This document shows, piece by piece, positions 54,591 to 63,318 of a stretch of DNA of 64,000 bases; the first letter of the stretch is position 1, and the number at the start of each line of letters is the position of its first letter. The notes below the pieces were generated by a model. The model made no database searches and had not been told where the DNA came from. It saw only the letters and a program-made list of their open reading frames with translations. The DNA lies in contig DATKND010000025.1 of NCBI GenBank assembly GCA_035541475.1, positions 4,377 to 68,376 on the forward strand. Reading direction: 5' to 3'. The position numbers and the translations under genes are program-made. This DNA is from Myxococcota bacterium (GTDB taxonomy: Bacteria; Myxococcota_A; UBA9160; SMWR01).

Positions 54591-55040
54591 TTGGACACGG
54601 CTGTCCTCAGCGCGCTGTCGGCGATCCTCGGCTCGGCCGTGGGTGGATCGGCCACGTTTGCGACCGCCTGGCTGACACAACGAACCGAGGGTCGACGCGC
54701 ATCCATCGAAGGCGAGATCCGCAAGCGGGAGGGTCTCTACGTCGAGTTCATCGCCGAAGCCTCGAAGCTTCTGATGGAGGTTCTCGATCATCAGTTCGAG
54801 AGCCCACAGCGGCTGTATCCGCTCTATTCCATCCTCAACAGGATCCGGCTCCGCTCCTCCGCGGAGGTCCTGGCCGCCGCCGACGATGCGATCACTGAGA
54901 TTCTCGAGCGGTGCTTCGGTCCCAATATCTCGCCCGAGGAGCTCCGCAAGGTCGTGCTCGACCGTCCAACCGATCCGCTCAAGGCATTCAGCGAAGCGTG
55001 CCGAGTCGAGCTCAGAACTCTCGAACGCCGAATGCCTTGA
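54591..55040 (+). CDS. Hypothetical membrane-anchored protein
   Basis: AAGGAG lies 8 nt before TTG 54591. N-terminal TM segment AVLSALSAILGSAVGGSATFATAWL followed by a helical, Lys/Glu/Ile-containing body. Lies in a lower-GC stretch. Confidence 0.45.
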   Translation: MDTAVLSALSAILGSAVGGSATFATAWLTQRTEGRRASIEGEIRKREGLYVEFIAEASKLLMEVLDHQFESPQRLYPLYSILNRIRLRSSAEVLAAADDAITEILERCFGPNISPEELRKVVLDRPTDPLKAFSEACRVELRTLERRMP

Positions 55041-55556
55041 ACCCTGTCGCGGCTCGAGGAGCAACTGCTCGCCGACGACTGACGATTCCCCGTGGCTCCA
55101 CGCGGTCTACCGGGGCGGCCGCGCGATCGGGATGGCTCATGATATGGGCGTGATCCATGTTCGGCACCATCATTGCCGGCCGCACCGGCGCGGCCTTCGC
55201 CTCGCAGGTCGGCCGTGGTGCTCTCGATCGTCCTTATCATCGGCTTGCGGGCTACTCACTCGTCTACGACGTGCTCGGGATCAAATGATGGCTACTGCGC
55301 CGGTCGCCGGCAGCGCGCACAGGTCCCGGACTGCGCCGCCACTACGGCTTGAGTCCATCCGCGAACCGGTCGCCGACGGCACGACCGAAGCCCGTGTCGC
55401 AGCGATGAGTCGCGCGATGGGGCAGCTCGCGGCCCGGATCGCGATGGAGATCCGCGATGTGCTGGCGAGCCTCAGAACGACGGCCCCCGGTCGTCCCGTA
55501 CACGATCATCACCGGCCGGTTCTCGCCGTCGGCCACTGGATCATCTCGGGCGAGGG

Positions 55557-57662
55557 ATGATCGTCTCGGCCGGTCGCAGCTTCCCGCTCGGTGCCACTCC
55601 CGTCGAGGGCGGGGTCAACTTCTGCGTCTTCTCCAGCGGCGCCAGTCGGTTGGAGCTCCTGCTCTTCGATGATGCCGGTGACGCCGAGCCGACCGAGGTG
55701 ATCCGGCTCGATCCCGACCTCCACCGGACCTATCACTACTGGCACGCCTTCGTGTCGGGCCTCGGTCCCGGCCAGGTCTATGCGTACCGCGCGATCGGAC
55801 CCTTCGATCCGGCGCGCGGCCTTCGCTTCGATCCCGAGAAGCTCCTGCTCGATCCCTACGGCCGCGCCGTCGCGGTGCCGAGCAGTTACGATCGCAAAGC
55901 AGCGAGGCACCCGGGCAACAACACCGCAGTGGGCATGCGGAGTGTGGTCGTCGACCCCGACGTCTACGACTGGGAGGGCGACGCTCCGCTGCGACGGCCC
56001 TTCGCCAGCACCGTGATCTACGAGATGCACGTCGCCGGCTTCACGCGGCACCCGAGCTCGGGCGTTTCACCCGCCACGCGAGGGACGTATGCCGGGATGA
56101 TCGAGAAGATCCCCTATCTACGGGATCTCGGGGTCACCGCGGTCGAGCTCCTGCCGGTGTTCCAGTTCGACCCGCAGGACTGCCCGCCCGACCTGGTCAA
56201 CTACTGGGGGTACTCTCCGGTCTCGTTCTTCGCTCCGCATGCCGGCTACAGCTCGCGACGGGATCCGCTCGCCTGCGTCGACGAGTTCCGCGACCTCGTG
56301 AAAGCGCTCCACCGCGCAGGGATCGAGGTGATCCTCGACGTCGTGTACAACCACACCGCCGAAGGCGACCACGGAGGGCCAACGCTCTCCCTTCGCGGCC
56401 TCGACAACGCGAGGTACTACATCCTCGAGGCCGACCGCGCGCGCTATGCGAACTTCGCCGGCACCGGCAATACCTTGAATGCCAACGAGTCGGTGGTTCG
56501 GCGCATGATCCTCGACAGCCTGCGCTACTGGGTGGCCCACATGCACGTCGACGGCTTCCGCTTCGACCTCGCCTCGGTTCTGACACGCGACGAGACCGGG
56601 CGCCCGCTGGAGCGTCCTCCGGTGCTCTGGGACATCCAGTCCGATCCCGTCCTGGCGGGAACCAAACTCATCGCCGAGGCGTGGGACGCCGCCGGTCTCT
56701 ACCAGGTGGGCAGCTTCATCGGCGATACGTGGCAGGAGTGGAACGGGAGGTTTCGCGACGACGTCCGCCGCTTCCTGAAATCGGACGACGACAGCGTGGT
56801 GGCCTTCGCCTACCGCTGCTTCGGCAGCCCCGATCTCTACGGGCACGAAGAGCGCGGACCGGAACAGAGCATCAACTTCGTCACTTGTCACGACGGCTTC
56901 ACGCTGAACGACCTGGTCAGCTACAACGACAAGCACAACGATGCCAACGGGGAGGGCGGTCGCGACGGCTCCGACACCAATCTGAGCTGGAACTGCGGCA
57001 TCGAAGGGCCCACGGACGACCCGGCCATCGAACGGCTGCGCGCACTTCAAGTGAAGAACTTCCTGGCCACCACGCTGTTGGCGGTTGGCACGCCCATGCT
57101 GTCGATGGGCGACGAGATCCGGCGGACGCAGCGAGGCAACAACAACGCGTACTGCCAGGACAACGAGATCAGCTGGTTCGACTGGACTCTCGTCGAGAAA
57201 CACCGCGACCTCCATCGATTCGTGAAGACGCTCGTCTCCCAACGACTGGTGATCAGCCGCGAGCTGGGTGTTCAGGACCTGAGCCTGAACGAGCTCTTGA
57301 GGGAGGGCGAGATCCAGCTTCACGGTGTCCGCTTGAACGCGCCCGACCGGAGCCGCGAGTCGCACAGCTTCGCCGTTACGGTTCGCTCCCGACGTCGGGT
57401 CGGGACGATCCACGCCATGTTCAATGCCTACTGGGAGCCGCTGGTCTTCGAGCTGCCACCCGTGATCCCGGGCCATCCGCCCTGGCGGCGGTGGATCGAC
57501 ACCTACCAGGACGCGCCGAACGACATCCACGAGCTGGCTTTCGGGCCTCCGGTGCAGGGCCCGACCTACACGGTTCAGGCGCGGTCAATCGTCACGTTGT
57601 TTGCCGAAGGCACGGGCGCGACGTCGGGTGGCAGATCCGTGCTGCAGCGGCGAACGACTTGA
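55557..57662 (+). CDS. glgX: Glycogen debranching enzyme
   Basis: N-terminus FPLGATPVEGGVNFCVFSS. GH13 blocks NYWGYSP, DVVYNHT, DGFRFDL, AEAWD and FVTCHDGFTLND are present. Confidence 0.92.
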   Translation: MIVSAGRSFPLGATPVEGGVNFCVFSSGASRLELLLFDDAGDAEPTEVIRLDPDLHRTYHYWHAFVSGLGPGQVYAYRAIGPFDPARGLRFDPEKLLLDPYGRAVAVPSSYDRKAARHPGNNTAVGMRSVVVDPDVYDWEGDAPLRRPFASTVIYEMHVAGFTRHPSSGVSPATRGTYAGMIEKIPYLRDLGVTAVELLPVFQFDPQDCPPDLVNYWGYSPVSFFAPHAGYSSRRDPLACVDEFRDLVKALHRAGIEVILDVVYNHTAEGDHGGPTLSLRGLDNARYYILEADRARYANFAGTGNTLNANESVVRRMILDSLRYWVAHMHVDGFRFDLASVLTRDETGRPLERPPVLWDIQSDPVLAGTKLIAEAWDAAGLYQVGSFIGDTWQEWNGRFRDDVRRFLKSDDDSVVAFAYRCFGSPDLYGHEERGPEQSINFVTCHDGFTLNDLVSYNDKHNDANGEGGRDGSDTNLSWNCGIEGPTDDPAIERLRALQVKNFLATTLLAVGTPMLSMGDEIRRTQRGNNNAYCQDNEISWFDWTLVEKHRDLHRFVKTLVSQRLVISRELGVQDLSLNELLREGEIQLHGVRLNAPDRSRESHSFAVTVRSRRRVGTIHAMFNAYWEPLVFELPPVIPGHPPWRRWIDTYQDAPNDIHELAFGPPVQGPTYTVQARSIVTLFAEGTGATSGGRSVLQRRTT

Positions 57663-57812
57663 CGATCCGGCATGGCAGACTCTCCTTCACCGAGTGGGGT
57701 CGGGCCTCTCGAGAAGCCACGCTCCCTGCCTATCCGATCGCTGCCCTCGATCCGGGCCGCCGACGCGATCGACCGAATCGAGGACTCGGCGCGCTGCACG
57801 TCGAAGGCCGGC

Positions 57813-57848
57813 GGTTCGGCGGATCAGGGAGGGTTCGGCGGATCAGGG
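57813..57848. repeat. 17-bp direct repeat (19-bp period) spanning the L,D-transpeptidase stop codon
   Basis: GGTTCGGCGGATCAGGG occurs at 57813-57829 and again at 57832-57848. Confidence 0.9.
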
Positions 57849-59507
57849 CGGGTAGGGATAGCCGCCGGCGAGGGCCCGCTCGAGCGATGCGTCGTACCCG
57901 TAGATGTCGTCGAAGAACGAGATCGTGCCGTCGTGACGCGCGATCGCGGTCGTGTAGAAGATCACGACGGGTACGGGCGGGGCAACGCGCACCGACGTCT
58001 CGCTCGTCGCACCCATGGCGGCGGCGATTTGTTCGGTCGTCCACTCCGCGGCGTCGCGCAAAACCCACGCCGCTAGCGCCGCGGGTTCCGCGACGCGCAC
58101 GCAGCCATGGCTGAAGTCGCGGCGGCTCTTCTCGAACGCCTGCCGCGCCGGAGTGTCATGCAGGTACACGCTGTGCGAGTTGGGGAACACGAACTTGACG
58201 CGGCCGAGCGCGTTCCGCGCGCCTGGCCGCTGGCGCAGCTCCGCCGTGCCCGCGGCCAGGAGGTCCACGCTCGCTGGATTCGCAGGCAGAACGCCCTGCG
58301 GGCCCACGATCTCCATGTCCTGCGCCTCGAGGTAACCGAGTCCCCGCCGTAGCTTCGGCAGGATCTCGTGCACGGTGATGCTGCGGGGAACGTTCCAGTA
58401 CGGCGCAAAGACGACGGTCTGGAGCGCGCCCGTGAAGACGGGTGTCTGCGTGCGGAGGGCGCGGCCGACTACGACGCGCATCTCGAGCGCGGGCCTGCTG
58501 TCAGGACCGACGTCGTCGAAGGCGAAGAGCTCGAACGCGGGGATGTCCACGAACACGACGCGCCCGTGCGCGAGCGACGGGATCCAGCGCAGCCTCTCGA
58601 GCGCGAGCTGGATCTGCCGGACTCGCTGCGCGGGTGGCACGCGGAGCGCGCGCGCAGTCTCCGCACCGATCACGCCGTCCGGTATCAAGCCGTGGCGGGC
58701 CTGGAATCGCTTCACTGCGTCGACGAGGTCGCCATCGTAGACCCGGTGTCCGTCGTCCACCGGGGCGCTGAAGTCTCCGAGCGCCGCGAGCCAGCGCTCG
58801 AGCGCGGGCACCCCGTCGTACGCGTCGCCCGGCCGGAGGGGCGGCTTCACGTCGATGGGGACCGCCGTCGGATCGTTCGATAGCCGCTGGAAGCGCGCGA
58901 GCTGCTCGACTAGCAGGCGGTTCTGCGAGAAGGCCGGGGGCGCGTTCGCGACCGTCTCGGCGATGCGGTCGTCGCGCACCGCCGCGGTGACGAGCTCCGC
59001 GAGATCGTACTTCTTGGGGTCGATGTCGAGGCCGAACTCGAGGTTCTTCGGGTTCACCTTCCCGATGTGCAGGTCGGAGACGAAGCGCACGAAGCCGACC
59101 GTGAGGCCGGTGTCGAACCGGGCGAGATCGTCCGGGCTCGCCGAAGCGCCCGACGCGAGCGCGCGCTGGCGCTCCGCGAGCCATGCGGCGTCGTAGTCGC
59201 GAGGGTCGAGGCCCGGCGCGCCCGCAGCCCCGAGCGCGTCGATCGCCGCACCCGCCTGCTTCGTGGGTGTGTCGCCGTCGAGCCATAGCGGCGCGAAGGA
59301 GCGCGGCTCGTAGATGCCGAGGACGATGTGCTGGTAGTCCGGGAATCGCGGCCAGCGCAGCTCGGGGTTGCGCGACTCGCGAACGATCGCCTCGATGCGC
59401 GCCGCAACCGGCTCGGGCTGCGCCCAAACCGCGCTCGCCGCACTGACGACGACGAGCGCAAGGGCCGCTCCCATGGGCCCGCGCGTGCTCCAACGCCTCC
59501 GTTTCAC
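57843..59507 (-). CDS. L,D-transpeptidase (YcbB-like) with PG-binding domain
   Basis: Signal peptide (V)KRRRWSTRGPMGAALALVVVSAASAVWA. PG_binding-like VKRFQARHGLIPDGVIGAET. YkuD catalytic SHGCVRV. Start alternatives are 59474, 59588 and 59690. Confidence 0.85.
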   Translation of the reverse strand: MKRRRWSTRGPMGAALALVVVSAASAVWAQPEPVAARIEAIVRESRNPELRWPRFPDYQHIVLGIYEPRSFAPLWLDGDTPTKQAGAAIDALGAAGAPGLDPRDYDAAWLAERQRALASGASASPDDLARFDTGLTVGFVRFVSDLHIGKVNPKNLEFGLDIDPKKYDLAELVTAAVRDDRIAETVANAPPAFSQNRLLVEQLARFQRLSNDPTAVPIDVKPPLRPGDAYDGVPALERWLAALGDFSAPVDDGHRVYDGDLVDAVKRFQARHGLIPDGVIGAETARALRVPPAQRVRQIQLALERLRWIPSLAHGRVVFVDIPAFELFAFDDVGPDSRPALEMRVVVGRALRTQTPVFTGALQTVVFAPYWNVPRSITVHEILPKLRRGLGYLEAQDMEIVGPQGVLPANPASVDLLAAGTAELRQRPGARNALGRVKFVFPNSHSVYLHDTPARQAFEKSRRDFSHGCVRVAEPAALAAWVLRDAAEWTTEQIAAAMGATSETSVRVAPPVPVVIFYTTAIARHDGTISFFDDIYGYDASLERALAGGYPYPP

Positions 59508-59747
59508 TCCGTCTCGATCTCCCGGCTTCGAAACGCGCGCCCCGAGGTGTCCCGCGGTGCGCGCGGATTCGACATATAGGATGGTCATCTCGCCGCCCTC
59601 GACTTGTGCATGCACCTGCGCGACGCGGTAACCGATCCCGATCAGGGCTTTGGCTAGCTCGGCCCCCTTCCTGGTGAAGAGCAACGCCATCCGCTGTCCG
59701 AACGCAGGTCGCTCCTCGACGGATAGCCGCGGCTTGCGAGAGGCGCT

Positions 59748-61595
59748 TCAGCGAACCCCGGCGTGCTCGTAGAGGATGCGGCGGACCTCCTCGATCGTCT
59801 CGGGTGTCGCCTGCGTCGAGTGGCTCGAGCCGAGCACCACGAGCTCCGACTCCACCGGCTCGATGTGCGCGCTCTGGTAGCGCACGACGCCGTCGTCGCC
59901 CGTCTCGATCGGCGCGGTACTCACCGGGATGATCGAGTGCGCGTGGACGCCCGGCGCGATCGGCAGTGAAGCCAGCGTGCGCAGGTCCGGATTCGACCAG
60001 TCCATGTTGTCGATCGACGTCGGGAACGCGAAGGGCCTGCGGAAGATGCGTTCGGTCTTGTCGAGCGTCGCGAGCTCGAGCGACAGCTCGGCCAGCGAGG
60101 ACGGCGCGTTCACCAATCTGCGCGCGAACATTCCGAGCCAGTTCTCGGCCAGGAAGCTGCCGCGGTGGGGCGTGGCGATGAAGATCACCCGCGTGACGAA
60201 CGGCAGCGGCTCGAAGAATGCTGCGCTCTCGAGCAGCGCGCGGGTCCTGCGGCTCATCGACACGTCCTCGAACTTCCGATCGGTCCACGCTGCCCAGAAG
60301 GCGTTGCCGCTCGACACGACCATCGCTTTCGCAAGCAGCCCGCCCTGGCTGTGGCCCACGACGACCATCTGTCGCAGCGCCGGATCCTTGCCTTCGGGAT
60401 CGAGATCGTGCACCGCCTTCTGGAGTGCCTCGCGCATCTCTGCGGCGGACTGGAGCACTGGATCTCCGCTGTTGTAGACGAAGAACCAGAGCTGGAAGCG
60501 CGTAGCGATGCGCGGGTCACCGACCAGCTCGTTTGCCATCTCCGCCCAGCGCGCGGGGCTCGACAGGGTTCCGTGGACGAGCAGGACGGGGATCCGGCCC
60601 GGCCGATAGGGGTTGAGAAAGCCCAGCCCGTGGGTCCGTGAGACTCCGGCGAGCCGGAGATCCGAGCGCCTGAAGCCCGCGATCTCGAAGTCCCAGATCG
60701 GCGCGCCCTCCAGGCGATACGCGAGCGCGGCCGAAGGGTCGGACTCGAGCGGCACCGTCGCCGATCCGACCGTGATCGCGCCTGTCTCGTCGGCGTCGTA
60801 GAACTCGAGCGTGCCGTGCGCGCGAGAGAGATCCGGGGCGAGCTCTTCGAGGCGCACGAACGCGGTGACCGGAACCTTCGACCATGGCGGCAGCCATGGA
60901 TCTCCGCTGCCGTCCTTCGCGGGTTCGATGCTCGCGGCGAGTGCGACGCCGGCTCCGGGTCGCCAGTATCGATTGCGCAGGCCGCGGATCTCGAGATCGC
61001 CCAGCGCGACGGGATGCGCGATGCGATAGCCGCCGTAGCGGAACTCCTCCTCGGCGGCGCTGAGGACGAAAGTGCCGAACGGCATCTGCACCCGGCGCGG
61101 CGAGGGGTCGAGCTCGGTGCCGCGACTGGACCTGGCGAGTGCGAGCCCCTTCGCGATCCCTCGGTCGTAGATTTCGAGGACGAAGTGCGTCCGCGAGTCG
61201 TAGGGATTGAGCGGCGTACTGGGTGGCGCGGCGGGAAACACGTAGGCGTACGCACAGACGGCGGCCGCGAGATACTCGCCCCGGTCGCCGCTCTTGCGCG
61301 CGGTCGCGTACCACAGTTCGGCGAGCGCCAGGAGCCGCTCGTGCTCGTCGGGCCCGCCGAGTCCGGCGCGTAGCTTCTCGAGCGCCTTGCGGGGATCGTC
61401 CTCGTAAAGGGTGGAGAGGCCCAGGCGCGCGAGGATCTGGTACGAGAGCGCGCTGGGCGCGTCGCCCGTGACCGCGTTCTCGCCGAGGATCCGATCGACC
61501 TCGCTGAGCGAGGCGCGCCGGATGCCGACCGGCGTCGCGCAGCCGAGCGCGAAGATCAGGAGCGCAAGCGAGAACGCGACGCGTGCGTGCTGCAC
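59748..61595 (-). CDS. Lipoprotein alpha/beta hydrolase (esterase/lipase-like)
   Basis: GTG start. Lipobox LIFALGC. The C-terminal half has VLLVHG and the nucleophile GHSQGG. Confidence 0.8.
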   Translation of the reverse strand: MQHARVAFSLALLIFALGCATPVGIRRASLSEVDRILGENAVTGDAPSALSYQILARLGLSTLYEDDPRKALEKLRAGLGGPDEHERLLALAELWYATARKSGDRGEYLAAAVCAYAYVFPAAPPSTPLNPYDSRTHFVLEIYDRGIAKGLALARSSRGTELDPSPRRVQMPFGTFVLSAAEEEFRYGGYRIAHPVALGDLEIRGLRNRYWRPGAGVALAASIEPAKDGSGDPWLPPWSKVPVTAFVRLEELAPDLSRAHGTLEFYDADETGAITVGSATVPLESDPSAALAYRLEGAPIWDFEIAGFRRSDLRLAGVSRTHGLGFLNPYRPGRIPVLLVHGTLSSPARWAEMANELVGDPRIATRFQLWFFVYNSGDPVLQSAAEMREALQKAVHDLDPEGKDPALRQMVVVGHSQGGLLAKAMVVSSGNAFWAAWTDRKFEDVSMSRRTRALLESAAFFEPLPFVTRVIFIATPHRGSFLAENWLGMFARRLVNAPSSLAELSLELATLDKTERIFRRPFAFPTSIDNMDWSNPDLRTLASLPIAPGVHAHSIIPVSTAPIETGDDGVVRYQSAHIEPVESELVVLGSSHSTQATPETIEEVRRILYEHAGVR

Positions 61596-61605
61596 ACGGC
61601 TCCCA

Positions 61606-61630
61606 CTTCAGACCTTCAGACCTTCAGGAC
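61606..61630. repeat. 8-bp tandem repeat CTTCAGAC x2 plus CTTCAGGAC
   Basis: On the minus strand it places TGA at 61608-61610, 61616-61618 and 61624-61626, one in each reading frame. Confidence 0.9.
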
Positions 61631-62190
61631 GACGCGCCCGTCGATCGCTCCAGCGCGCATCTGGTCGAAGACCGCGTTGATCTGCTCGAGCTTCTCGCTG
61701 GAGAAATGACATTGGACCTTGCCCTCGCCCGCAAACGCCAGCGCCTCCATCAGATCCAGCCGCGTGCCGACGATCGAGCCGCGGATCGTCTTCCGGTTGA
61801 GCACCGTGTCGAAGATGGAGAGCGGGAAGGTTCCCGGCGGCAGTCCGACCAGCGCCATCGTGCCCCGCCTTTCCCAGCATGGCGACCGCCTGCTCGAAGG
61901 CTCGGGGCGACACAGCCGTGACCAGCACGCCGTCGGCGCCGCCGCATGCCCGCTGCACCTCCGCCACCGCATCCTGGGTCGTCGCGTCGAGCGCCAGATC
62001 CGCGCCCATCTTTCGCGCCAGCTCGAGCTTGCCGGCGGCGACGTCCACGGCGATCACGTGAAGTCCCATGGCCTTGGCGTACTGCACCGCGAGGTGGCCG
62101 AGTCCTCCGATCCCGGACACCACGACGGTGTCGCCGTGTCGCGTGTCGGTCTCCTTGAGCCCCTTGTAGACGGTCACGCCGGTCGCTCGA
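61616..62190 (-). pseudogene. AdhP-like zinc alcohol dehydrogenase remnant: N-terminally truncated and frameshifted
   Basis: Homology begins at TGVTVYKGLK (about residue 150 of AdhP-type enzymes), directly against the ABC-2 stop codon. GIGGLGHLAVQYAKAMG...AVAMLGK lies in one frame. [11 protein letters not shown]...IFDTVLN...GSIVGTR...GRVVLKV lies in another. The switch is at about 61862-61877. Confidence 0.8.
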
Positions 62191-62194
62191 AACC

Positions 62195-63316
62195 TCACGC
62201 GAGGCTCACCGAGCGGCGGAAGCGCGCGAGCGCGCCGGCGAAGGCGACGCTGCCGATCGCGACGAGCGCGCAGAACTGCGGCCACACCACATCGAGGCCG
62301 GCGCCGCGGTAGAGGATCGACTGGGCCAGGCTCACGAAGTGCGTGGTCGGAGCGGCCAGCATGAGGGTCCGCACTACCTCGGGCATGCTCTCGCGCGGCG
62401 TGATCGATCCCGAGAGCAGCTGGAACGGCAGCACCACGAGGATCACGAGCAGGGCGAGCTGCGGCATGCTGCGCACCATCGTCGCGAGCAGGATGCCGAT
62501 CGAGGTCGTCGAGAACAGGTGGAGCACGGTTCCGAGCAGGAAGAGCGCGACCGAGCCCGCGATCGGAACGCCGAGCCAGCCCTGTACCACGATCCGAAGC
62601 GACAGCGCCGCCGCGACGAGGATCACGAGACCGTTCGCCCACACCTTGGCGGTCATGATCTGGAACGGCGAGAGCGGCATCACCATCAGGTGCTCGAGCG
62701 TGCCGTGCTCGCGCTCGCGAATCAGAGCGGCGCCGGTCAGGATGATGGAGATCAGGGTGACCTGGTTCAACACCTCCATGACGCCGCCGAACCACACCCC
62801 GTCGAGGTTCGGGTTGAACATCACGCGCGTGACGAGCTTGATCGGAGGCTCCTTTGCCTTGCCGCTCTGGCGCAAGAACTTCTCCAGTTCGCCCTGCACG
62901 ATGCGCTGGATGTAGCCCGCGCCGATGTAGGCCTGGGTCATCTGCGTGGCATCGATGTTCACCTGGATCTCGGGATACTTCCCTTCGAGCACGTCCCGCT
63001 CGAAGTCGGGCGGGATGTCGAGCACGAAGGTATAGAGCCCCGAGTCGAGGCCGGGGTCGAGCTCGGCCGAAGGGATCCGGGCCGGTGTCTTGAAGCGCGG
63101 TGGGTAGAAGGAGGTGATGATGCGCTCCGAGAGCTGCGAGCGGTCGTGGTCCACGACCGCGATCGGTGCGTTGCGGAGCTCCTGCGAGGCGGCCTTCGCG
63201 GCCGTGTAGACCATGAGCGAGAACGTGACGGTGACGAGGCCGAGCAGGACCGGGTCGTGCCAGAGGCTCCGCAGCTCCTTCACGCCCAGGCGCCAGATCT
63301 TCCAGAAGTCGCTCAC
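62195..63316 (-). CDS. ABC-2 type transporter permease (YbhR/YhhJ-like)
   Basis: GTG 63316 lies 2 nt after the upstream stop. One N-terminal TM helix, a large loop, then six C-terminal TM helices, the usual ABC-2 membrane-domain pattern. Confidence 0.85.
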   Translation of the reverse strand: MSDFWKIWRLGVKELRSLWHDPVLLGLVTVTFSLMVYTAAKAASQELRNAPIAVVDHDRSQLSERIITSFYPPRFKTPARIPSAELDPGLDSGLYTFVLDIPPDFERDVLEGKYPEIQVNIDATQMTQAYIGAGYIQRIVQGELEKFLRQSGKAKEPPIKLVTRVMFNPNLDGVWFGGVMEVLNQVTLISIILTGAALIREREHGTLEHLMVMPLSPFQIMTAKVWANGLVILVAAALSLRIVVQGWLGVPIAGSVALFLLGTVLHLFSTTSIGILLATMVRSMPQLALLVILVVLPFQLLSGSITPRESMPEVVRTLMLAAPTTHFVSLAQSILYRGAGLDVVWPQFCALVAIGSVAFAGALARFRRSVSLA

Positions 63317-63318
63317 GG

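Noticed and set aside
55285-55560. 91-aa ORF (MMATAPVAGS...) whose TGA overlaps the glgX ATG (ATGA), suggesting translational coupling.
   Set aside because: No SD, no recognisable domain, and Arg/Ala/His-rich composition. It lies in the decayed junction and may be a remnant. Support is too weak to call it a gene.
59508-59690. N-terminal extension of the L,D-transpeptidase ORF (MALLFTRKGAELAKALIGIGYRVAQVHAQVEGGEMTILYVE...), lower GC, protein-like composition.
   Set aside because: It would place 60-70 cytoplasmic residues before an otherwise classic signal peptide (KRRRW...AVWA). No good SD lies at 59690. It could be a fragment of another gene or a true extension, and this is unresolved. I annotated the start at GTG 59507.
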